Part shown: in pieces, positions 19,971-29,719 of the stretch | Position numbering within the stretch: position 1 is the stretch's first letter | Layout of the letters: each line of letters starts with the position of its first letter | Assembly (NCBI GenBank): GCA_041659505.1 | Contig: JBAZYF010000001.1 | Coordinates: forward strand, 35,654-99,653 | Reading direction: 5' to 3' | DNA from: Parcubacteria group bacterium | GTDB lineage: Bacteria > Patescibacteriota > Minisyncoccia > Moranbacterales > UBA2206 | DNA: 64,000 nucleotides | Position numbers and translations under genes: made by a program | The notes under the pieces: generated by a model | What the model was told of the DNA's origin: nothing | Databases searched by the model: none | What the model saw: only the letters and a program-made list of their open reading frames with translations

Positions 19971-20831
19971 CTAATGCTCATGCTGTTCTACTGCGATTGT
20001 CATATATACCAGTGCTAGTATCGCAAAAATGAGCGCCTGAATGATACCCACAATCATTTCTAAAAACATAAACGGCAAAGGCAAGGCATAGGCAAACAGC
20101 GCCATCATCGAAGCCAACAGCACCTCTCCGGCAAAAATATTGCCAAAAAGCCGGAATGTGAGCGAAGCCACTTTAGCAAATTCACTAATCACCTCGACCA
20201 GCCCCACAAAAACCTTGATCGGATTAACGAGCACAACCGTATAATCCTTGCGGATTTTTCCGGGGATTTCCAAAAGCAATTTCACATTCACAAATTTATT
20301 GAAATAATTCCAAGCTCCTACAACCAGCACCCCCATCACGTGAGACGCGATGACTGCAATCAGCGCCAGTGCTAATGTTGTGTTGATGTCTGCAGTGCCT
20401 CCGCGGAGAAGCGGGATAAATAAATGATGTCCACCCTCTGTTTCATTAAAACCGATCGTCCCCATTCCAGGAATCAGTCCCAGCCAGTTGTTCACAAAAA
20501 TGAATAAAAAAAGCGCCAAAGAGATGGGCAAAAACTTTTCTGATTTTTTGCGTGATCCAGTCACGCTATCTGCCATTTCCAAGGCCTTTTCCAAAAGCAA
20601 TTCAAAAATATTTTGCACGCCTCTAGGTACTTTTTTAAGTTTTCTACCGACGGACACAAGAAAAATGACTAAAATAAAAACTGCCACCCAGCTGGCAAGC
20701 AGCGAATTAGTGACAGTGAGATGGCCGATATGCCCCAACGGTTCAGCAAACAGCGTCGCTTCATGACTCGCATCAGCATTTGGCGTTTGAGCAATTTCCT
20801 GGCTATTCGTTGTGACTGTTTGTTCTGCCAT
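19971..20831 (-). CDS. atpB: ATP synthase a
   Basis: SLTFRLFGNIFAGE, IQALIF. Confidence 0.96.
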   Translation of the reverse strand: MAEQTVTTNSQEIAQTPNADASHEATLFAEPLGHIGHLTVTNSLLASWVAVFILVIFLVSVGRKLKKVPRGVQNIFELLLEKALEMADSVTGSRKKSEKFLPISLALFLFIFVNNWLGLIPGMGTIGFNETEGGHHLFIPLLRGGTADINTTLALALIAVIASHVMGVLVVGAWNYFNKFVNVKLLLEIPGKIRKDYTVVLVNPIKVFVGLVEVISEFAKVASLTFRLFGNIFAGEVLLASMMALFAYALPLPFMFLEMIVGIIQALIFAILALVYMTIAVEQHEH

Positions 20832-20850
20832 AATTATTCATTACTTATAT

Positions 20851-21005
20851 CCCCTTCTCCATTAGGGAGAAGGTGCCCGAAGGGCGGATGAGGGAGAAGT
20901 CTTTCAATAACCACCCTCAATACTCATAGCACTTTTTTTATATCAACACCCTTTTCCCTCACCTGTCACGAGTACGTGACATCCTCTCCCTAAGGGCGAG
21001 GAGGA
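20851..21005. repeat. REP doublet CCCCTTCTCC...GGGAGAAGG family, copy 1
   Basis: Arms homologous to 52682-52836; overlaps the atpI stop. Confidence 0.75.
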
Positions 21006-21286
21006 TTTTCTGAATTATTTTTTAATTGTTTCTTTTCATCAGCTTCCTTGTCGATCTGTTTCATTGCCTCCAATGAGTCCTTGACTATTCCGTAAGTTGA
21101 AACAACAAGAGCCACTCCCACACACAGCAGAAACAATTTCGGCTCAGTGGAATATCTTTTGTCCAGCCACTTTCCCAGAAATAATGCGATAATGACTGGC
21201 CCGCCGATCCAACCACTCAGTCGTCCGAACAAAACCAAACTTGGCTGCCACCACAGCATCTTTGTTTCCTTTTTCTTACTATTCAT
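20990..21286 (-). CDS. AtpZ/AtpI-family (gene 1) protein
   Basis: Two TM, GKWLDKRYSTEP motif, first gene of the operon. Confidence 0.8.
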   Translation of the reverse strand: MNSKKKETKMLWWQPSLVLFGRLSGWIGGPVIIALFLGKWLDKRYSTEPKLFLLCVGVALVVSTYGIVKDSLEAMKQIDKEADEKKQLKNNSENPPRP

Positions 21287-21369
21287 ATTTTAGCTTATAC
21301 TACCCTTCTATTCTCCCGCAAAATGGGGAAAAAGTCAATAACTAGCAAAATTCAACCAAATTTACCGCA

Positions 21370-21906
21370 TCACAACAACTTCAAATAATCTAACCCCAAG
21401 TATCCTACCTCAACGTCGGTCATCTTACCACTTCTCAGGAGCTGACGAAAGTCATCCAGTGACAACAGTACAATTTCTGCGAATTCACTATCGTCTAGTT
21501 TTTGATTCGCAACTTTTTCGCAGTTTGTTGCGACCATGCAGCATCTATTCATAGTTGAATAAGCACAGTCATATGCCATAGTTACCAATTGCATTTTACC
21601 TTCATAACCAGTTTCTTCAAGTAACTCTCTTTCTGCGGCCTGTTTTGGAGATTCACCACTATCCACATATCCGCCAGGAAGCTCATCGAGAATTTTACCA
21701 GGACCGGGTCTATACTGCTTAACTAAAATCACTTGCTCATCTTTTGTTATGGCAAGTATTCCTACTGCAGGACCCTCTTTCTTAATATAGAAGTCCTTTT
21801 CTTTTCCATTCGTTAATCGAAATATAACCTTTTCAATTTTCCGGCTATATTTTTGAAAAACGATTTCGCGAGACAGCTCTTCCCATTCTTCAATCTTATT
21901 AATCAT
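21370..21906 (-). CDS. NUDIX hydrolase (ADP-ribose pyrophosphatase-like)
   Basis: QYR, ELPGG...AAERELLEETG. Confidence 0.9.
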   Translation of the reverse strand: MINKIEEWEELSREIVFQKYSRKIEKVIFRLTNGKEKDFYIKKEGPAVGILAITKDEQVILVKQYRPGPGKILDELPGGYVDSGESPKQAAERELLEETGYEGKMQLVTMAYDCAYSTMNRCCMVATNCEKVANQKLDDSEFAEIVLLSLDDFRQLLRSGKMTDVEVGYLGLDYLKLL

Positions 21907-21934
21907 AAAATTAAATTAAACTATTATTCCGATA

Positions 21935-22768
21935 CTATAAATCAAAAAACCGCTCCGCCGTTTCTGATGTAATTTTTGCCACTTCCTCAAAATCAATATT
22001 TTTCACCTCCGCAATTTTTTGCGCCACATATTTCACGAAACTTGGCTCGTTCCTTTTTCCCCGCATCGGCACTGGTGCTAAGTATGGACAATCGGTTTCG
22101 AGCATAATTTTCTCAAGCGGGATTTTTTTAATCACCTCAAAAATTTCCGCGCCAGGTTTGTTGTAAGTAATATTGCCAGCAAAAGAAATTAGCATATTGG
22201 TTTTTTCTAAAACTTTTTTTGCAAATTCCAACCGTCCACCAAAACTATGCCAGACAAACTTCAAATCGGGAAATTTAGAAATGATTGCAAAAACATCTTC
22301 GTAGGCATCATCCGCTTCGCGATATGGACTTGGCGCAACAGGCCTCGATCCGCGACAATGCAAAATGACCGGCAATTTCAATTCTTTTGCAAATTCCAAC
22401 TGCAAAGCAAAACCTTTTTTCTGCAATTCTTTTTGCGCGTCAGTGACCAAGCTCCCATCGGGAATAAAATAGTCCAGACCGATTTCCCCGATCGCCACGA
22501 TTTCTTTGCTCGCAGATAGTGCTTTAAATTCTGGAATCTTGTCAAAACTTTTCTCAACATATTCCATAAAATAATGCGGGTGAAGACCGATCGAACAAAA
22601 AATATTGGCATATTTCTCAGCCAAAACCACACTGCGCTGGCTACTCCCCAACCCCGCGCCGATGTTGATGATTTTTTCCACGCCACCCTCAAATGCCCGC
22701 GCGATCACCTCGTCGCGGTCAGCATCGAATTGTTTGTCATCAATGTGAGCGTGAGTTTCAATTAGCAT
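21935..22768 (-). CDS. tatD: TatD-family DNase
   Basis: ETHAH, GLHP, GEIGLDY, ETDCPYLAP. Confidence 0.95.
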   Translation of the reverse strand: MLIETHAHIDDKQFDADRDEVIARAFEGGVEKIINIGAGLGSSQRSVVLAEKYANIFCSIGLHPHYFMEYVEKSFDKIPEFKALSASKEIVAIGEIGLDYFIPDGSLVTDAQKELQKKGFALQLEFAKELKLPVILHCRGSRPVAPSPYREADDAYEDVFAIISKFPDLKFVWHSFGGRLEFAKKVLEKTNMLISFAGNITYNKPGAEIFEVIKKIPLEKIMLETDCPYLAPVPMRGKRNEPSFVKYVAQKIAEVKNIDFEEVAKITSETAERFFDL

Positions 22769-22791
22769 ATGAAAGTGTCATAAAAAAATAT

Positions 22792-22819
22792 TGTCATTCC
22801 CGCGAAGGCGGGAATGACA
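22792..22819. repeat. Single REP palindrome
   Basis: tgtcattcccgc-gaag-gcgggaatgaca. Confidence 0.8.
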
Positions 22820-22827
22820 CAAGCAAG

Positions 22828-24255
22828 CTACTTAATTCTTTGAAATAAAACTTCATCCAGTTTTTTTGTTTCCAGTGCTTTTTTAATTTTCTCGGAAGTT
22901 CCAGGCATGAAAGGTGAAAGTAATTCTGAAATTAGCGAAATGTCTGTTAGTAATTTTTCCATCACTTCTCCAAATTTAACCTCGTCAGTTTTCGCCAGTT
23001 CCCATGGCTTATTATCTCCAATAAATTTATTATTATCCGCAATAATTTTCCAAATATCTGATAGCGCCTGATCAAATTCCATCTTGTTTAGAAAATTGGA
23101 AATTGAGTCATTCGGTCCGCCAACTGGCGGATTGAAATTTGGAATTTGAAATTTGAAATTCTCAGCAAGCTTAATCACTCGCGATAAAAGATTCCCCAAT
23201 CCATTCGCCAAATCAGCATTATATCTCTCAATTAATTTTTCCCAAGTAATATCAAAATCTTCACCAAAATTCGCCCCGGCTAAAAGCAGATAACGCGTTG
23301 CGTCTGTGCCGAACTTTTCTACCATTTCATAGGGTGAAATAACATTGCCAAGGGATTTGCTCATTTTTTGTCCATCGACCGTAATAAAACCATTCACAAA
23401 AACTTGCTTAGAATTAGAAAGTTTTGCTGACATGAGCATTGCCTGCCACATCGCTGATTGCTGGCGCAAATTATCCTTTCCGCAGACTTGCACTCCCGGC
23501 CAAAATTTTTCAAAATTTTCCAAGTTATTCGGCCAGCCCAGGGTTGAGATATAATTTACCAGTGCATCAAACCAAACATACATCACATGCTCATCATCAC
23601 CCGGAACCGGCACGCCCCAGGCCATCTTGCTTTTGAGTCGCGATATGCTAAAATCCTCCAGTCCCCTTTCCACAAAGCTCCGCACCTCATTCATCCTCTT
23701 GGCCGGCACGACAAAATCCGGATTATTCTTATATAATTCCAATAGCTTTTCTTGATAGGCAGAAAAGCGGAAAAAATAATTCTCTTCTTCGATGGTCTCA
23801 ATTTCCATATTGGGATGATCCGGACATTTCCCATCGATCAGTTCCGAATCAGTTTTTTCCAGCTCACACCCGACGCAATATTTTACCTTATAATTTTTCT
23901 TATATATATCGCCGTTCTTTTCACAAAGCTTCCAAAATTCCTGTACGGCTTTGATATGCTCCGCGTCTGTTGTTCGGATAAAGTTATCATAGCTCAAATT
24001 GAGCGAGGCTTTCAGTTTATCAAATTCCGGCACAACGCTATCACAATAACTTTGCGCGTCCATCCCCAGCTCAATTGCTTTTTGATAGATTTTTTGCCCA
24101 TGTTCATCTGTTCCAGTATTAAAAAACACTTCCTCACCTTGTTCGCGATGAAAGCGCGCCAGCACGTCCGCTTCAACAATTTCCTTGGCAAAGCCAATGT
24201 GTGGCTTAGCATTGACATAGGGCAACGTGGTTGTGATGTAAAATTTGTTTTTCAT
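22828..24255 (-). CDS. metG: Methionine--tRNA ligase
   Basis: YVNAKPHIG, GTDEHG, YVWFDAL, KMSKS. Confidence 0.97.
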   Translation of the reverse strand: MKNKFYITTTLPYVNAKPHIGFAKEIVEADVLARFHREQGEEVFFNTGTDEHGQKIYQKAIELGMDAQSYCDSVVPEFDKLKASLNLSYDNFIRTTDAEHIKAVQEFWKLCEKNGDIYKKNYKVKYCVGCELEKTDSELIDGKCPDHPNMEIETIEEENYFFRFSAYQEKLLELYKNNPDFVVPAKRMNEVRSFVERGLEDFSISRLKSKMAWGVPVPGDDEHVMYVWFDALVNYISTLGWPNNLENFEKFWPGVQVCGKDNLRQQSAMWQAMLMSAKLSNSKQVFVNGFITVDGQKMSKSLGNVISPYEMVEKFGTDATRYLLLAGANFGEDFDITWEKLIERYNADLANGLGNLLSRVIKLAENFKFQIPNFNPPVGGPNDSISNFLNKMEFDQALSDIWKIIADNNKFIGDNKPWELAKTDEVKFGEVMEKLLTDISLISELLSPFMPGTSEKIKKALETKKLDEVLFQRIK

Positions 24256-24282
24256 ATTAACTTTTCTATTAAAATTTTAAAA

Positions 24283-24825
24283 TCAGTAGCCTCTATACTC
24301 TTTTCTTTTTTTATATAATTTTTCAGTAAATCCACCCTCTTTTGTATGTTTTTCTTCCAGTGCTATTATTTGCTTGTGCAACAAGTACGTCGCTTGGTGA
24401 CAAAGCGTTAAGAGCCAATTGGATGCACGCTCTTGATCTTCCGGAAGTTTTACTGTTTTGAGAATAGCAACATTTCTCGAACTACTCAAATATTTTATTA
24501 GCTTCGAGCTTTCTCTTCTAAACTTAATTGTTCGCATATCAGTTTTTCCCCACTCATTCAGATTATTCTGCCGTAAAAAATCTTCCAAGTCTCCAGTAAG
24601 CTCCTCCAGGGAACCCTTGGAAGTTCCAGAAAGTTTTATCGCAATCTTCATTGATGTTCCCATATCATCAGAACCCTCCACAATATTTTGTTTTCCGCTT
24701 CTTGCGGCTCCCAGCATTTGTTCTTTTAACTTATAGCTCCTTATCCAACGATCACAAAATACAACAGTATGATCATAAATAACCACAGAAAACCAATATG
24801 TAAATAATTTTTTATACGGCTGCAT
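24283..24825 (-). CDS. Four-helix-bundle (23S IVS protein/bAvd-like) protein with suffix region
   Basis: QMLGAARSGKQNIVEG, SLEEL..D.EDFLRQ, EGGFTEKLY. Confidence 0.8.
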   Translation of the reverse strand: MQPYKKLFTYWFSVVIYDHTVVFCDRWIRSYKLKEQMLGAARSGKQNIVEGSDDMGTSMKIAIKLSGTSKGSLEELTGDLEDFLRQNNLNEWGKTDMRTIKFRRESSKLIKYLSSSRNVAILKTVKLPEDQERASNWLLTLCHQATYLLHKQIIALEEKHTKEGGFTEKLYKKRKEYRGY

Positions 24826-24874
24826 AAGAAATTACTTGAGCAACTTAAGAATCTTAAGGTACTTAAAAAAATAC

Positions 24875-25567
24875 TTAATACACGATTAATACAACCTCTC
24901 CTTTAACTTTATCTTTATTCTCCAAAAAATATCCTAAAACTTCCTCAATTGTTCCGCGTACGATTTCTTCGAACATTTTTGTCAGCTCGCGACCGAGGAT
25001 AATTTTTTTCTCCGGTGCCAGACTTTTTAGCAGTTCCAGATTTTTGATGAGACGATGAGGAGATTCGAAATAGCTGACTGGATATTTTTGCGCGACGACT
25101 TCTTTAAAAAAAGTTTCTCGGCCTTTTTTGTGCGGTGGAAAACCTAGGAACACAAAGCGGGTAAGATCAATTCCGGAAACGCTTGCCAAAGTCGTGAGCG
25201 CGCTGACGCCGGGAACCGGAATGACAGCGATAGAATTTTCCACCGCGCGCGCCACCAACTGATTACCCGGGTCTGATATACCCGGCGTTCCCGCGTCCGT
25301 GATCAGCGCGATATTTTTTCCGCTCGTCAGTTCTGCTGTCAGATAATCTAATTTTGGCACCGGTTTTTTTGCTCCGCCTTCTCGTTGAATTTGATAGAAA
25401 GAAGTCGTCGACGTTTTAATCTCATAGCGATCCAAAAGCTTGCGACTGGTCCGCGTATCCTCGCACACGACTAAATCGACCTTTTCCAAGGTCTCAATTG
25501 CCCGATTAGTAATATCACCTAGATTACCAATCGGCGTCGCTACGATGTATAATATACCAGAATTCAT
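24875..25567 (-). CDS. rsmI: 16S rRNA C1402 2'-O-methyltransferase
   Basis: LYIVATPIGNLGD, CEDTR, DAGTPGISDPG, RELTK. Confidence 0.96.
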   Translation of the reverse strand: MNSGILYIVATPIGNLGDITNRAIETLEKVDLVVCEDTRTSRKLLDRYEIKTSTTSFYQIQREGGAKKPVPKLDYLTAELTSGKNIALITDAGTPGISDPGNQLVARAVENSIAVIPVPGVSALTTLASVSGIDLTRFVFLGFPPHKKGRETFFKEVVAQKYPVSYFESPHRLIKNLELLKSLAPEKKIILGRELTKMFEEIVRGTIEEVLGYFLENKDKVKGEVVLIVY

Positions 25568-25642
25568 TGCTAGATTGTCTAATTTTGCTTAATATACCTA
25601 ACTTACCAACAATTTAACAATTTAGCAATACAACAATGGAAG

Positions 25643-26668
25643 CTATTCTGCCTTTCTTCTCTCCATAAAATCGTTAATTACCAAACTGATCGCAGTTGCC
25701 ACTGGAATGGCCAAAATTGCACCCAACACTCCACCCAGACGCAAGCCCACAAGAAGAGCAATGATCGTTGCGACCGGATTGAGTCCGACCGCTTTTTTCA
25801 TCACTTGAGGAACAATCACGTGATTTTCCACCTGTTGCGCGATAAGATAGACGAGAAGGGCGAGAAATCCCGTTGTGGGAGAAATCAAAAAGCCTAAAAT
25901 TATACCAGGAATGGCGGAAATGATCGGCCCGATATAGGGAACTATTTCCATCACACCGGCAAAAATCGCCAGGATCAGCGCGTAAGGAACACCGACCAAA
26001 TAAAGTCCGATCGCATCCAGGACAAAAATTATGAGCATCAAAAGTAATTGCCCCAGCATCCATTTCCCAATCTTTTCTTTGACTCTTGTTGCAAGGTTAG
26101 CGGCATAATTTTTAAAACGATCCGGCGTAACCGAGATGATGAACTTCTTGATTCCATTTTCCTCGACTGTCATATAGAACGCCAGAGAAAAAACCACGAT
26201 TATGGAAATGAACCCGGAAAAAACATTGGCCGTTGTAGAAAAAATATCTCCCGAAAGTCCTGTTAGTGATCTGGAAAAATTATTCGACAATTGTTCTAGA
26301 TCAAGCTGGATATTTTTGCTAGCAAAAAAATCTTTCAAATGAGAAAGAGAGGTCGCTCCAGATTGGAAATAGCTGGGAAAATTTTGGGAAAAATCCTGAA
26401 ACTGAGCAATCATCGGCGGGATAAGAAATGAAATGGCTAGGCCAATGGCGAGAAATAGCAAAAAAAACAACCCTAAAACACCGGCCGTACGCGGAATTTT
26501 CCACCTCTGTAACCAGTCCACTAGCGGGTCCATCGCCGAAGTAATAATTACCGCGATAAAAACCAAAGCGATCACATCCATCACAAGATACATAAACCAT
26601 AGTCCCAGGAGGATGAGGATGGTGCGAAAAACTATTCCGGTCGAAATTTCAATTTCATTTTTTTGCAT
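25643..26668 (-). CDS. AI-2E family transporter
   Basis: IVPYIGP, QQVENHVIVP, GLNP. Confidence 0.9.
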   Translation of the reverse strand: MQKNEIEISTGIVFRTILILLGLWFMYLVMDVIALVFIAVIITSAMDPLVDWLQRWKIPRTAGVLGLFFLLFLAIGLAISFLIPPMIAQFQDFSQNFPSYFQSGATSLSHLKDFFASKNIQLDLEQLSNNFSRSLTGLSGDIFSTTANVFSGFISIIVVFSLAFYMTVEENGIKKFIISVTPDRFKNYAANLATRVKEKIGKWMLGQLLLMLIIFVLDAIGLYLVGVPYALILAIFAGVMEIVPYIGPIISAIPGIILGFLISPTTGFLALLVYLIAQQVENHVIVPQVMKKAVGLNPVATIIALLVGLRLGGVLGAILAIPVATAISLVINDFMERRKAE

Positions 26669-26680
26669 AAAATCAGTATT

Positions 26681-26860
26681 AGAACTTACGCACTTGACCG
26701 AGTCAGCCGTGTTTTCTTAAAAAATCCTGTCTGAGAATGCCTTTTTTCTTCAAAATTTTCCATTGGCTGCCTTTGATAGAGGGAAAATTTTGAAAAGAAA
26801 AAAGAGCGTTCGAGTTATTTTTTTAGAAAACACGGCTGCGAGGCAAAACACGTATATCCT
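26681..26860. mobile_element. 180-bp MITE-like element, copy 2 (inverted)
   Basis: Reverse complement of 6354-6533. Confidence 0.75.
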
Positions 26861-26865
26861 AAATA

Positions 26866-28134
26866 TTAAATACTCAATAATTTTTGCAACTTTTCACTAT
26901 TCTTGTGCGGTCCGATAATTGCTAAATTTAATTTTTTATTTTGAAAAATATCTTTTGCCACTTGCAAAATATCTTCCGGTGTCACTGAATCGACCCGGCG
27001 GAAAATTTCTTCCCGCTTCAAAATCTCACGCCGCGAAAGTTCCTGCCCGACAAAAAACATTGCGACCTCGTCCGACGCTTCCATCCCCATTACCATCTTG
27101 CCTTTGATGTAATCCTTGGCTTTTTGTAATTCCTTTTCCGGCACTTTTTCCGTCGCAATCTTTTTGTATTCAGCTAAAATTGTTTCTAGCGCTAGCGTCA
27201 GATTTTTATGTTCCACGCCCGCTTGTGTCGCCAGATATCCACACTCCTCAAATGATTCAGTGTTAGTGCGGACATAATAGGCTAAACCTTTTTTCTCTCG
27301 CACTTCCATAAACAGCCGACTAGACATATTCCCGCCGAGAATAATCGAAAGCAAGGAAAGTGCGAAACGCCTTTCACTATATTGGTCATAGGCGCGCGCA
27401 CCCAAAATCAATTGCGTCTGATCAGTTTTTTTAAATTTAATCTTCACCGCCGGAACTTTTTGCGTTTCTTTCACTTTTTTGAGTTGTGGTTTTTTGCCGT
27501 CAGACATTTCGCGGAAATATTTTTTCACCCGCTCCACCAGTTTCTTTTCATCAAACTTTCCCGCCACACAAATCACAGTGTCATTAGAGAGATAGAACCG
27601 TTTCATATATTTCAAAAAATCCTTGCGCTTGAAACTATTGATCGTTTTTTTGTACCCAATAATATCCCGCCCCAGATCAGTTCCCGGATAGAGCAAATTT
27701 TCAAACACATCGCCAACGTTGCGCATCGGCATATCCTCATACATATTCAATTCCTGGATGATCGTTCCGCGCTCTTTTTCCAGTTCCACTTCTTCGATTT
27801 TGGAATGCAGATACATATCCGACACAACATCCAGCGCTGTGTCAATGTGCTTGGCGTCAACTTTGACATAATAGCCAGTCGAATCTTTGGAAGTGAAAGC
27901 ATTGAATTCTCCGCCAATCGCATCCAATTCTTCCGCAATTGAAAGTGTCGTTGGCCTTTTTTCCGTTCCCTTAAAAAACATATGCTCGATAAAATGAGAA
28001 AGCCCAGCTTCCTTTTCCGCTTCATAGCGACTGCCGACACCCACTATCACCACAACCGTCACAGTTTGCGTCTCAAGCATCGGCACGGTCAAAATTCTCA
28101 GGCCGTTTTTTAGATTGGTTTTTTTATAATTCAT
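26866..28134 (-). CDS. M16 (pitrilysin) peptidase
   Basis: HFIEH inverted zinc motif, NAFTS, SSRLF.EVREK. Confidence 0.93.
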   Translation of the reverse strand: MNYKKTNLKNGLRILTVPMLETQTVTVVVIVGVGSRYEAEKEAGLSHFIEHMFFKGTEKRPTTLSIAEELDAIGGEFNAFTSKDSTGYYVKVDAKHIDTALDVVSDMYLHSKIEEVELEKERGTIIQELNMYEDMPMRNVGDVFENLLYPGTDLGRDIIGYKKTINSFKRKDFLKYMKRFYLSNDTVICVAGKFDEKKLVERVKKYFREMSDGKKPQLKKVKETQKVPAVKIKFKKTDQTQLILGARAYDQYSERRFALSLLSIILGGNMSSRLFMEVREKKGLAYYVRTNTESFEECGYLATQAGVEHKNLTLALETILAEYKKIATEKVPEKELQKAKDYIKGKMVMGMEASDEVAMFFVGQELSRREILKREEIFRRVDSVTPEDILQVAKDIFQNKKLNLAIIGPHKNSEKLQKLLSI

Positions 28135-28138
28135 AAGA

Positions 28139-29665
28139 CTAGGTATTTAATTTATAAATTTCTGAATACTTATTCTTGATATAATCAATGAAATACTGTC
28201 CATTTAAACCCTCGCTTGTAATATTTTTAACCAGCTCGCTCGCAGAATAAAGTTTTCCATGAATATGAATATTTTTTCTAAGCCATTCTCGCAGATGCTC
28301 TAAATGCCCAAGAGCAATTTCTTTTTCAAGATTTAAAATGTCTTTTTTTGCTGTAGCATAAAATTGTGTGGAGTATAAGTTCCCCAGAGTGTATGTTGGA
28401 AAATATCCTATATTTCCACCTGACCAATGAACATCCTGCAGAACTCCAAGGGCATCATTCGGTACAATAACGCCAAAATATTCTTTCATTTTATCATTCC
28501 AAATCTTCGGCAAATCTTCAACTTCAATACTTCCCTCAATTAAATCTTTCTCAATCTCAAAACGCAGGATAATATGCAGATTATAAGTCACTTCATCCGC
28601 GTCAACTCTAATCAGACTTGGCTTTACGGCATTGATCGCCCTGTAAAAATCTTCGAATTTAATTTTTTTAAAATGTCCAGGAAATTCCCTTATAAGTTTT
28701 GGATAAAAATACTTCCAAAAATTCTTACCTCTCCCAACTAAATTTTCCCACATGCGCGATTGTGATTCATGCACCCCGTGTGAAATTGATTCTCCGAGCG
28801 GAGAACCAAAATTTTCCACCTTAATCCCCTGCTCATACAACGAATGGCCTGATTCATGAATCGTACTATTCAATGAAGAAAAAATGTCTTTTTCGTCATA
28901 GCGAGTCGTCATCCTAACATCCTCGGCATGAAAATTTGTCGAAAATGGGTGCGTACTAACATCTAACCTTCCAGCTTCAAAATCAAATCCCATCTTCCCT
29001 GCGATGAGCTTATTGAACTCAATTTGTTTTCCAATCTCAAATTTACCTTTTAACACTTTTCTATCAATTTTTACTTTTGATTTTTTAATTTTTGCAAGAA
29101 ATGGAATTAAAAAATTCTTAAGCTCGTCAAAAATCATCTCAATTTCCTCAACTCGCATATATGGCTCATACGTATCAAGCAGGGCGTTATATGGCGAACC
29201 AGCATATCCAACAAGCTCTGCTTCTTTTCTTTTAAGCGCAACAATTTTTTTCAACTCCGGCAAAAATAATTTAAAATTGTTTTCCTTGCGCGCTTTCGCC
29301 CAAATCATCTGCGAGCGCGAAGTTGTCTCAGATAGTTCTTTGACAAATGCTAATGGCAATTTCTTTTCGCGAGAAAATTCACGCCAAACTTCTCGCACAA
29401 TACAGGCGTTTTCATCGTTTAACTTTCCTGCGTCCATTTCCTTCTTCGCAGATTTAATTAATTTTGAAAAATCAGACGAAGTAAATTTATCGTGAAGGAT
29501 ACCTGAGAGATTCGCAATTGTCTTTGCGCGCAACTCATTGCCCTTTGTGGGCATATTCACTTCCTGATCCCAATTCAAAACAGTAATGGCAGAATTTAGG
29601 TGATACAGTTCCGCCAATTTTTCTCTAAATTTTTCAATATCGTTTTGATTCATAACTTTAAACAT
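28139..29665 (-). CDS. Carboxypeptidase M32
   Basis: HPF, HESGH, HESQ, QDVHW, YFPTY. Confidence 0.95.
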   Translation of the reverse strand: MFKVMNQNDIEKFREKLAELYHLNSAITVLNWDQEVNMPTKGNELRAKTIANLSGILHDKFTSSDFSKLIKSAKKEMDAGKLNDENACIVREVWREFSREKKLPLAFVKELSETTSRSQMIWAKARKENNFKLFLPELKKIVALKRKEAELVGYAGSPYNALLDTYEPYMRVEEIEMIFDELKNFLIPFLAKIKKSKVKIDRKVLKGKFEIGKQIEFNKLIAGKMGFDFEAGRLDVSTHPFSTNFHAEDVRMTTRYDEKDIFSSLNSTIHESGHSLYEQGIKVENFGSPLGESISHGVHESQSRMWENLVGRGKNFWKYFYPKLIREFPGHFKKIKFEDFYRAINAVKPSLIRVDADEVTYNLHIILRFEIEKDLIEGSIEVEDLPKIWNDKMKEYFGVIVPNDALGVLQDVHWSGGNIGYFPTYTLGNLYSTQFYATAKKDILNLEKEIALGHLEHLREWLRKNIHIHGKLYSASELVKNITSEGLNGQYFIDYIKNKYSEIYKLNT

Positions 29666-29719
29666 TCTCGCTAATATAAGCTAAAGTATCACATTTGACT
29701 ATGAAACGCAACGAAAAAC

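Noticed and set aside
24283-24825. Diversity-generating retroelement (Avd)
   Set aside because: No reverse transcriptase and no TR/VR pair seen
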